33,186 bases of DNA from Dimargaris cristalligena (lineage: Eukaryota), in contig ML002413.1 of NCBI GenBank assembly GCA_003614675.1, forward strand, positions 1 through 33,186, read 5' to 3'. Positions within the stretch are counted from its first letter, which is position 1; every line of letters begins with the position of its first letter. The notes under the pieces were generated by a model that searched no databases, was not told the DNA's origin, and worked only from the letters and a program-made list of their open reading frames with translations. Shown here in pieces: positions 1 to 9,834 of this stretch. Both the position numbers and the translations under genes were made by a program.

Positions 1-338
1 AAAAGGAAATTCATGTTCAAGCAATTGTATGGTGGGACTCCAAGAAGGATTCCACCGGAGGCTGGTTATTCCCAAGCCCTACTCATAAAGGATCGTCGTA
101 GTATAAAAGTGGTAATATAAGGTGGTCAATTGTCATAGCTTTAAAATCATCATTGACTTTGACGACCTATAACTTCATCAATAATAGACGGAAAGGCAAA
201 TAGAAGTATGATTTGGAAAGCTGAAGGAAAAGAGAATCAGCTAGCATAAAGAAATCCAATATTATTAACGACCCCGGACCGTTCCCATGGAAATAACTCG
301 TCAATCGTCCGGGGGCCTTGAATTCACCCAAAGTATGA

Positions 339-630
339 CTACTTTGTGGATTAGCAATATGTGTTGGAGCTTACGTGGCCCCTGGCCAGCTGCCCACGGC
401 AGCACACCAGTCACCAACCCCATCTGCAGAAGCGCTTCTTCCGCTCCAATGCAGCCAGGTTGGGTGCTATAGTTACCGGTGGCGCCGTGGGCTCATTGGT
501 TGGCCCCGTTGGTACTGTCGTAGGTGCGGGCGCTGGCCTGTATGCCGCCAACAAGGGTATCGAAAAGTACCGTGAGAAGAAACAACTCAAGGAAAATGAA
601 AAGGCCGCGAAGAAGGCTTCCAAAAAATAG
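339..630 (+). pseudogene. Disrupted or frameshifted small secreted peptide precursor: signal-like segment, Kex2-type KR site, glycine-zipper plus Lys-rich mature peptide
   Basis: The frame of ORF 361-630 reads HLQKR|FFRSNAARLGAIVTGGAVGSLVGPVGTVVGAGAGLYAANKGIEKYREKKQLKENEKAAKKASKK* but has no ATG and a TAG at 352-354. A signal-like stretch LLCGLAICVGAYVAP lies in an adjacent frame (339-383), just after TGA 336-338. Confidence 0.45.
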
Positions 631-930
631 TAGAATCCTTGTCCGGTAGAACCAACAAGTCAATATATCCACCAAACTACGCTACGGCCTTGGCCATTTT
701 GCTATGCTAAACCTTGATGGCCAGCAGTGGTATTGTATATTCCGTGATATGCCTTTCTTTTGTAAAAATTTCGACCATGGATGCAATTAGCGTTCCTCTC
801 TTTTGAGCAATTCACCGCAGCACGAAGTTCATCCTTTTATGTTCCAGACTTCCCGCTAAATTAAATAAAAAAATTGGGCAGTTATTGCGGCCTTATAAAT
901 CTTAAAACATCCGCCTGGCGCATACCAACT

Positions 931-2199
931 TTATTTTATTATTGAATATAGCCAGTCTTTGATGTAGTGAACATGGCTTGCTATACTATAGCATATCCCT
1001 CGGAGCAAGGTATTAGTACAAAGGCAGCATTGGCATGAACTGAATATAAAATGGTTGTTGACGAATCCATTGGGGTTGTATTGGGCTTTTTGTAATTGCT
1101 GCCATATGCCCCATCCATAAGTCCCCATCTGTATAATCCAGAAGCATAACCAGCTCTGGTGATTATGGCCTATATTCACTACTAATTAGTTAGATTTCTA
1201 GGTAGATGCTCCTATATGTATGATACTATTACATAGTGTACTGCTCAGCTGCCCGTAGGCAGTACTAGAACCCAGTAGATAGGTACTAATAGGCATAGGT
1301 CCTCCCTCCTTCAAGGGGGGTTTGTTAACAATGGGAGGAAGTGGTATCCACATACATATATATATATTACTGCTAAAGCACAAATTACTAGCAAGGTATG
1401 GGTGAAGCAATGCAGGGATGTGAACCATTAGTTCCAAGAGGTAGTATGCTGAGGTATTTTTAGAAACCTTAAATAACTGAACATAGGTTATTTATATCAG
1501 CCCTCCTAATCCGGCTTAATCCAGACTCAACAGTTATCTACCCCTATTAGGCCTTATAGTGCCATATTAACCTTCCCATAGTCACCCCCAGTACTATAGG
1601 ATTACCCTATATCATATACCCCCCCCCCTTCTGGACTCTGCCTCTTTACACTAATCATACCAGTGCTGATCTAAAGACTATTCCAGTTACTATCAAAGTC
1701 TTCTGGATACCTATGGCTGTCCAGTTAGCCTATTTACCTATACCTTAGTCTTAGTAATATCCTCCCCTTAGGACCTCCCTCTGGAGTTATCCCTGCATAT
1801 ATATAACCAGGTCCTATTAGGACCAGTTAGATTCCTTGGTTTATTCTTACCCCTTAGTTTGCCCCTAATAAAATCTATATTTGCTTACTCCCTCCTGTAC
1901 TGACTAGTAAGTGTACCTGCTACATGTACCTTGTATATTATTATGCTTAGCCTTTATTAGTTAGTACCTGCACCCCATACCTGATACTAGTAGCCTACTT
2001 AGCTGAGCAAGCCCTACTTATTGTTAGAAGCCTATCCCCAGGACTCTTAATAGACTAAGAGTGGTTAACCCAGGTAATAGTGAAAGTGGAGAATAAAATG
2101 TTAAGTAGTAAGGGGAAATGGCAATTATTTGGGTAGATAGATAAGTGAACTGTGTTGGGGCTTGGTAAGATTCAAAGGCATATCTGTGGGCACTCTGGA
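931..2199. other. CpG-depleted, TpA-rich tract, probably a deamination-decayed repeat, transposon or duplicated-gene relic
   Basis: By eye only 2 CpG (1254, 1512) occur between 1064 and 2199, whereas flanking genes are CpG-rich. Minus-strand ORFs 1198-1437 and 931-1179 share one frame, separated by TAG and TAA. No TE domain was recognised. Confidence 0.55.
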
Positions 2200-2397
2200 C
2201 GTGAAGACAAAACCAAGCACAGATTGGTAGAAATGGCTGCACAGCGGCATATGACATCTGACCTATAACATAGACCAGTTATGAAGATACATCAATTTAT
2301 AAATTTAAGTGAGAAACGGCCACAATTTAAAATCAAAAACAGAATTACTCAGCCCTGAGCCATAGCAGCCGCAATTCCACAAAATAGGAATGTGAAG

Positions 2398-3762
2398 TTA
2401 GAGAGCCCGGATAATAATATGAGGATACGCATTTTGAATTTGGTGTACATTATCGCCGGATGGCAGACGGACATGTACTTCCTGAAGATTAGGTAAACGT
2501 GAAAAGATTGTAGTGAGGTGGTCCGAATTTACTGGTGGGAACCATACAATAAGATTTGAAAGTGTACTGGAATAAAAGTCTTGCTCAGCTAACTGCCGTA
2601 TAAAATGCAAATTCCTAGCAAATACAGTGAGAGACTTGAGCTTGGTGCAATTGGATAAAATCTGTGCAGAGTTCGCTGCAGTATCAATAAGGCCTGTTAA
2701 AAAAAGGGAGTGGAGGTTTGGATAACTTAGGGCAATAAGAGGACCAAGGCAAGGGATCCTAACGTTACCGCGGATGCTTAAAGTAGTAAGTCGTGCCCAG
2801 GATAGTTTAAAAAACGTGTATATGGCTTCTTGTTCATCAGGGGAAGGCGATGAGTATGATTCAAAATCAATCATTAGGTAAGTCAAATAAGGATACCTTG
2901 CTTCAGTGATCTGCCCAAGGGCCAGTAGCTGATCCAGCCCTTGACTGACACGCAAACTAAGGGACACCAGCTGCTGAGGATATGGCTGGTGGGGACTATA
3001 CAGCTGGCGACAATTCCAATTCCTAATCGTCAGCATATTATCGGTGGTTTCAGGGTTAAATCTCAGGCCTGTCTGGTGAAGGCTATCATCAGGCCAGTCT
3101 CCGCGGGGTTGCAGGTGCCGAAAATGGGGATAATCAATTAAGGTTTGAATAACGACACCATCATCCATGGTGTGGGTGTCTAGGACGGGGTTCTTAATTT
3201 GATTCCATAGATCATGTAACGCCTCTGGAGAATATTGCTCTGGATTAAGCTGGATGGATCGATGGGCCGATTCAATACTTGGACAATAAAGAATAGCTAA
3301 TCTATGAGGTGGGTGAGTAAGGCCTGCTAAACAATCAAATAAAACTGACCAAGAGTCCATATCCGGTAGGTAGAACTCGACTGTGTGTACATGGGATAAT
3401 TGACTAAAGAGTAAACGGAGTCGATTAGACCAGGGTACTCCTGCTTGTCCCACGTTGGTAAGTTTTAGGTGGTGTATACGCGGACGATGACGACCGATAA
3501 ACTGAGAAAGGCCGTTGCTGAGGTCATTATATAGTAGAAAATGTATGTCTATCTGGTAGGCCGAAGTGACAAATGGACGGAGCGTACGGCAAACGGCTGC
3601 CAGGTGTAATTGGTCCTGTTGGGGCAGATAGCGAATAAACTGATAGCCGAGTAAGTGGTGGGCCGGGTTCAATATAAACAATAGTAGTTTGAAGCCGGGC
3701 GAGTAAATGGTGTGCGGTTGGTCCTCTGGACCGGTGAAATGAATAGGGGGAGTAGAAGACAT
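2398..3762 (-). CDS. F-box / leucine-rich-repeat-like protein, 454 aa, intronless
   Basis: First ATG is at 3762 in gccATG context (MSSTPP...). F-box-like segment LLGYQFIRYLPQQDQLHLAAVCRTLRPFV; RNI-like LRR units in the C-terminal half (YPNLHSLFL, CTKLKSLTV, LPNLQEVHV, RLTTLSI). Confidence 0.7.
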   Translation of the reverse strand: MSSTPPIHFTGPEDQPHTIYSPGFKLLLFILNPAHHLLGYQFIRYLPQQDQLHLAAVCRTLRPFVTSAYQIDIHFLLYNDLSNGLSQFIGRHRPRIHHLKLTNVGQAGVPWSNRLRLLFSQLSHVHTVEFYLPDMDSWSVLFDCLAGLTHPPHRLAILYCPSIESAHRSIQLNPEQYSPEALHDLWNQIKNPVLDTHTMDDGVVIQTLIDYPHFRHLQPRGDWPDDSLHQTGLRFNPETTDNMLTIRNWNCRQLYSPHQPYPQQLVSLSLRVSQGLDQLLALGQITEARYPYLTYLMIDFESYSSPSPDEQEAIYTFFKLSWARLTTLSIRGNVRIPCLGPLIALSYPNLHSLFLTGLIDTAANSAQILSNCTKLKSLTVFARNLHFIRQLAEQDFYSSTLSNLIVWFPPVNSDHLTTIFSRLPNLQEVHVRLPSGDNVHQIQNAYPHIIIRAL

Positions 3763-5575
3763 GGCGACTACGTTAATGGATGGAATGGGGAAAAGGATAG
3801 TGCAAATACTGTGACATAATAGAAATAAGGACCACCAAGCCGGGTTGAGTTCAATGTGCTTCGATAGTGTAACCAAGCGGACCGAGTAGGGCCAGAAAAT
3901 ACTAAATATAAAATAACTAAATACACCGGGTAGGGCATATAACTAAATAATGAACGAATCGGATTATATAAAAGTAATAAATATGTGTTTCAAAGACAAG
4001 GGATAATAGTCGGCTGCTTGGGGCAGTATATTTTATTCCTCCGAAATGAAATGTCGCTCTTGTTCCATCGGGGTAAGGATGTCCTCTTCCAGCAATAAGG
4101 TCAAACAGGCCGCACTGTAGTCTCGTGGGGCTCCCTCACTCAGGTGAGGAGCACTATGGGGCTGATCAACCCTTCGCCTCTGAGTGTTGGCGACCTCCCT
4201 CGGTTGCAATATCCCCATATCCCAATGTGCCAGTCCGAATGTGGGAACCCACTTGGGGGTTGGAATAAAGCAGGTAATAATCTTAGTAATCACTCTGTGC
4301 AACATCACACTATTTGCCGCTCGGCATTTAACGAACTATTCATTTGCAGGAGATGATTAAAGTCCGAGACATCATGGTGCGTATGTTATCATTAGAGATG
4401 CTGGCTGGTGCTATTCGAAAAGTCATCAGCCGATTCCGGACCCCGCCGAGTCAAGTTGTATTGCGGTAGTAATTGATAAAACATAAGTTGATCTCAGACT
4501 GATAGATACTGAGTATCCCTGGCAGACCATCCATACCAGAGCATGATAAAAATATTATAAAATATATTCCAATGGGTCTATTATTCTCTCCTGTTATATC
4601 CAGTTATGTTAGTTTACTCGGTTATCCTATGTCCTTACATTTTACCGCTTAAAATACCCCCTGCTGACTATACTATTCGGTAAAGCTAACCTCTTAAATA
4701 TACTTACTGTCCTCTAGCCGCTTTCTTCCCATTCACCCAGCTGTTGTGGCCGGGCCTGCTTAACCCTTAAAAGTATAACCCGGCCAAACTGTTTATAGTT
4801 TCGGAAAAGGTGAGGAATGTCATTGAAGGTCGAACTTCACTTTTTCCCGCCCAGACTGGTATTTTGATGGCCTAGACTCATCTTCCAGTATTCATCATTT
4901 TCTTTTATCCTTCCCGTTAGCTATCTTCATTATTCATAACTTCCCATTGGGTACTCCAGTACCATAGTGGCACTGGTAGGTCGCTATGCCTATGTTCTTT
5001 TCTACTGACCAAAATTTACATAAATACCCGACGGGCATTCTCTTAATAAAGACTGGTAGTTTTACACCATCCGGTCTAGTTTTTAGTTTTTACCTGATCT
5101 CCAGTAGTATGCTATCCACGCCACTACTTGGCACAATCCCATTTATTGTTCCCTGTCCACCACATGCTAGAAGGATCGAAGGGCAATCCCCGGTTGCCGA
5201 GTTGTCCCTGTCTGAAGGTCAGACAAGAATCATCCCCGTCGAGTGCAAGTATTCCCCAGAGATAATAGTTTTGCCGCCGGGCTGGCACTACTCCATCTGG
5301 TACTGATATACGGTTATCAAGTCCTATTATATTGTGGCATTAGGTTTGACCGCAGCGATATTTAATGAATACACCCTCAAAAGTGTAATGCGGTATAACC
5401 TATTGGCCTTTCTTGACCCCATGCATGAATTTATGATACTAACCTGACAGCAACACAATATAAAAAAGACTATAAATATATTTTTAAGGAAAATGATGTA
5501 TTTGACTTGTAATGGGTTTGGATTTTATCACCTTCCAATTTTGAACTGGAGTTTTTGATTCAAAGACATCAATGA

Positions 5576-6577
5576 TTATTTTTCATCAGTACATTTCAAA
5601 GGCGATCTGGTTTTCCAATATTCCAAGTGGTCTTTTAAAGTAAATCTTTCAGGGAATTTTCCACGGCAATCTGGACACTGGTACTTATAAGAGCTACAAT
5701 CCGCTTTAACATGGTTAAGGAAACCTGATTTAGTAGTAAAGCCGCGTTAACAGCGGGGGCAACGCTCAATCATTAAATAGGGGTTGCGTAACTGATCACT
5801 ATGGGAAATGCCTAATTGACTTGATACCATATCGCCGTTTGGGTTTGTTGTCAGGTTACAGCTTGAAAGATGTTTAGTAAGCAAGTAATTATCATAAAAC
5901 AGCGCCATGCATCTTATACAGTTTTCACTCTGGTTGTTGCGATGTATGTCCTTATGTTTAACGTGTTGAGCCTCGAGAATACATTTGCGGCACTTCTCAC
6001 AGGTAACACTTGTCACATATCCCTCTACTATATCTCCTGTTTGGTCCTGCCTGGCGTTTTGGCTTGATGGCTGGTATTGGTTAGATATGGAAGAGGTTTG
6101 GAGGCTTCTTCGGATCTCATCACTACGCGACAGGACTGGGTCTTCAGGACTAATCATTGGTTGGGTATCTGTGCTAGTACCACTGGTGCTATCTTGGGTC
6201 GAGTCTCATTTGCCACCATCGTTAGCCGATGGAGATATTTCTTCCCAGCCCATTGCGATCGGAGAAGGTGATCTAACAAATGGGAATCCCACGAAGGACC
6301 AGGTGGATCCTGCCTGAAACGAGCCTGAGTTATCCTTCGGGTCCGCTAGTCCGGATCTATCCCACTGGTAGTCAGTGGTGGTTGATAATTTTGTTTCTGA
6401 TAATTCTGTAAGGCTGGTGCCACCGAGCATGTGGTCCAGCGTGTACTCTTTGTCGTTGAATAAATCGCGTATGTTAAACGGGTCGTCTAGGAAAGTTTCG
6501 TTTTCATCTTCGATGCTCATGACCCGCGAAATGAAGTGATCGGGTGTTGGAGTGGTCTCGGGGGTGTTGAAATTCAT
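5576..6577 (-). pseudogene. C2H2/C2HC zinc-finger gene (~333 codons) with two in-frame stops
   Basis: ORFs 6206-6577 and 5747-6157 are in one frame, separated only by TGA 6206-6208. Reading through TAA 5747-5749 completes finger CPRC*RGFTTKSGFLNHVKADC and adds YQCPDCRGKFPERFTLKDHLEYW, ending at TAA 5576-5578. Other fingers: CEKC...HKDIH and CIRCMALFYDNYLLTKHLSSC. The N-terminus is acidic and Ser/Thr-rich. Confidence 0.75.
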
Positions 6578-6726
6578 GATGTACGTTGGGTATTATTAAC
6601 GAGAACAAGGGAATGCGGTTGCTGAAGTGCTCGGAAGATGCTGGCAAAATTTTTAATTGAATCGAGAAATATGAGAACTTCAAAAAGTAGACGATTTGTT
6701 GTTTTCCTTCGTAGGATTCCGCCGTC

Positions 6727-6735
6727 TTTTATATA
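6727..6735 (-). promoter_or_regulatory. TATA box of the zinc-finger gene
   Basis: TATATAAAA on the minus strand, about 150 bp upstream of ATG 6577. Confidence 0.5.
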
Positions 6736-8710
6736 CACATTCGGATACTGTGGAATAGCCATTAGTGTTTGCAAAAAGATATACAAAAGGTTTTAAAAAT
6801 GTAAAACTACGATTAATAATTGCATTGGCCATAGTTCAACAATTATAGGATTCAAGTCATTAACCGCAACAATGATATACGTGGAAATCAGCACAATGGA
6901 CGTCGATAAGATACAAGCAAACTGAATGTGGGATTGGGGGATAAGCCATGCGCAGGATATAATATCAACCACTAGGAATCAATCGTGGCATGCTAGACGG
7001 TACTACATATGGCCAAACTCTACGACGAGGAAAAGCACAACCACTGCCATCCGAGTCTATCGTATTACAATACAGTGAAGGGCTGGGGGAGAAGCAAGGC
7101 AATGTCACTAGGACTATAGGCCAACTGCTGTATCAAAATATCTATGGGGTATAAAGTCCGCTCTTCAATTATGAATGTAGGGCCTGGTCGAATAAAGGAA
7201 TTTGGTAGTCGAGAGCAGTGATGGTATGGACCGAAAGATGGCGTATTCAACAAATGGCATCAATAGGAGGAATCCCATAGTTCTGGGCAGGAGATGTGTC
7301 TTTGTTTAATAAGGTCAGAGTACGATTGGCCTAGCTATATAACCGAATTATATCCTCGTTGGACATACTTGGCTACATTCTTGACTTTCATTTAATATTA
7401 ACGGCCTATACATGCAAGACTGAAGGGAAGAGTCGCAAGGCACTGCTTCTACAGTTCTTGCATGATACCTCCAGCCCAGCCATTGGCTGTGATACTGTGT
7501 TTCGAATGGGTTACTTATACTCGTTCTACTATAACATGCTGTACAGTCTACGTTCCTCTTCAATGCTCCTTCATTTCCGACAAAGCAACTTAACTAAACA
7601 GCTGCTCATACTCGTGCATATCTTGTATGGCCCAACAATGGTATGTTTTTACCTGTCTGAAGCATTATAGCGCTAATCCACAAGCCCCCCTAGCCGTTTC
7701 GACATATCCGATTCTAAACAGACGTAGGTAGAACAGGCCCGTAGTTTCTTTTGAATGATACCCATCAGGAGATATTGGTTACTTGTGTTCTTCACCCTCG
7801 CAGATCCCTTCTTGGATCTATAAACATGCTATTACTTTAAATAAGTATATTCAAAAATAATTTATATAATCATACATTAGAATATTCGGGTATAAAGAGC
7901 TATTACTAATCGGAACCAAATTCGGGATTGTACTTGTCGTACTCGGGGTTATACTTCCTTTTTTGACAAAAACAATGGTGGGTTTAAATACGCCGGACGG
8001 CAGAGCTGGGAGAAATTATGCTGGAATAGTCAATGTAGTCATTTTACAAAGATCTTTCATTGCCATGGCCTCTGCTATCGCACTAGATTTTGTATTCGGT
8101 GGTTTACCTGCTACTCACGGTTTCAGAGATTAAGGTACAATGCTTTATTAGGGCGATAGTAACGCCTCTGTCATAACATGAATTAATTCGGAAATAATCC
8201 TACCCGATAAAGTCGATAAAAATATAAGCACACTCTGTTCCTGTGCTTTATAAGCAATACGGCAGTTCATTGGGATACCTATACCGTTGTCCTAGCTGAT
8301 TTAGTTACATACAAATGGTAATTACACCAATATCGGATACTGGATTAGTGTTCCTAAATCGACTGTGAACCAATAGATCCGGCCCCATTTCTAGAGTCCT
8401 CAACTAGATCCAAAGATAGGGAGGGGGATATTTCCCGCATTGAATTCAGTTGTCGTCCAAACTATGCATGGAAGGGATCCAACTTACTAGTTGATCATCG
8501 GAGCCTTGTTCTTGAATCCAATCTATTTTCGGCCAGTTCTTTTACTTCACTTCTTCCGATTCACCAACGACTTACCCCCAGGTCCCCGGGTATTATAGTA
8601 TTCACGCGCGACGTGTTGTGTTGTTCAGCCACCGCTTCGTTCCATTTCCCCCCGTCTCACTCCTTCCCGTTTTACATTTTTTTTTTCCTTTAGACCATTT
8701 CAGCGCGCCC

Positions 8711-9124
8711 ATGTTTTCCCTCGGTCGTTCCCTATTCCCCAGGCTCGGTAGTTTCGCCGGCCCGACGACCCGCCTGTCCACCGCCGCTCTCGCTTTCAGC
8801 ACTTCCGCTTGGCGAGCCCGGGGTGGCAGTATCCGCCTCTGTTTCCCACCCTCCGAACTCAGCCAATCACCCACCGAAAATCTCACCACGGGTCTGTCGT
8901 CCGGTCGCTCCATCGGGATCATGGGCAATAGTCCCCTGCCCGCCTATTCCCGCCTCAACACGCTGTTGAACAACGACGGCATTCGCCAGGAACTGCGCCG
9001 TAAGCGTAAGTACGAGAAACCCACCAAGAAGCGCATCCGCCTATCCGTGCAGCGGGCTAGCAAACGGTTCGATGCTCTGGTGCAACAGAAGATGGCGCTG
9101 GTCGATAAAATGCGGCGAATGTAA
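8711..9124 (+). CDS. MRP21: Mitochondrial small-subunit ribosomal protein bS21m (Mrp21), about 137 aa
   Basis: ATG 8711 opens an Arg/Ser/Leu-rich, acid-free presequence (MFSLGRSLFPRLGSFAGPTTRLSTAALAFSTSAWRAR). S21-family core: GRSI...AYSRLNTLLNNDGIRQELRRKRKYEKPTKKRIRL...KRFDALV. The stop overlaps GTAAGT at 9121, so a tiny terminal exon cannot be excluded. Confidence 0.85.
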   Translation: MFSLGRSLFPRLGSFAGPTTRLSTAALAFSTSAWRARGGSIRLCFPPSELSQSPTENLTTGLSSGRSIGIMGNSPLPAYSRLNTLLNNDGIRQELRRKRKYEKPTKKRIRLSVQRASKRFDALVQQKMALVDKMRRM

Positions 9125-9834
9125 GTTACACCTTGAATTATTGTTGTTTTTGTATTTTGTGGGGGGCTTTTAGGGCCTTTGCCTAGCCGACTGCTTATTA
9201 AAAGGCCTAAACCAGCTGGGGTGATTTCCCGACAATTGTACAACACATTGCCTTTTGCTCATTGATCTAGCCCCTTTTATATGATAATATGCCTAAAATT
9301 GCCACTCCGTTGCTTAATAGGGGTCTGTAAATGGTCGCAACTTGCCTAGATTGAAACTTATTGTATTAAGTGCTCAGCAATATTTCGGAATCGATTACTT
9401 AGTCTATTTATTATGCAAGACAATAAATCAACTATACCATGCTCTACCTGACACTGGCCGTTGCGCCTATTTCATCGGCAATATACTTAGTTCCATATTT
9501 CAGTGCCACCGAAACACCACTTCCTTTTTACTTGCTGCAAATCTTTTAAGCATTCGCAATGATCTACTTTACAAGCTAAATCAACTGAAGTTTGGGCCAA
9601 TTGGACAGGGCCGATTCCGGCGCAATGACTCATTTTGCCCAGCGCATGAGCTGGTCCAAACGTATTACTGCACCACACTACCAGTCCTCCACCCACCGTG
9701 TTTTTAACTTTCCCCCCCTCCATGGGAAGGTGTGTGAATGAGCTCTTCTATTTTACTTTTTTATTTTATTTTTCTTACTCTTTAAATGTTAATGGTCATA
9801 ACCAAAGCCCATTGTCCACACCTCTAGAGCCCTC

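Noticed and set aside
960..1170. Faint SANT/SLIDE-like look of the decayed frame (YGWGIW...FIFSS...NTLL)
   Set aside because: Spacing does not match and the sequence is heavily mutated; not supportable without a profile search.
3763..3876. Hydrophobic N-terminal extension of the F-box ORF, suggesting a secreted F-box effector
   Set aside because: It starts at TTG with no upstream in-frame ATG; it looks like pyrimidine-rich 5' UTR.
6206..6208. In-frame TGA as selenocysteine
   Set aside because: It lies in a low-complexity linker with no redox motif, a second stop (TAA) breaks the same frame, and no SECIS was recognised.
7359..7670. 103-aa ORF beginning with F-box-like LDILGYILDF
   Set aside because: TTG start and no further motif; at most a relic.
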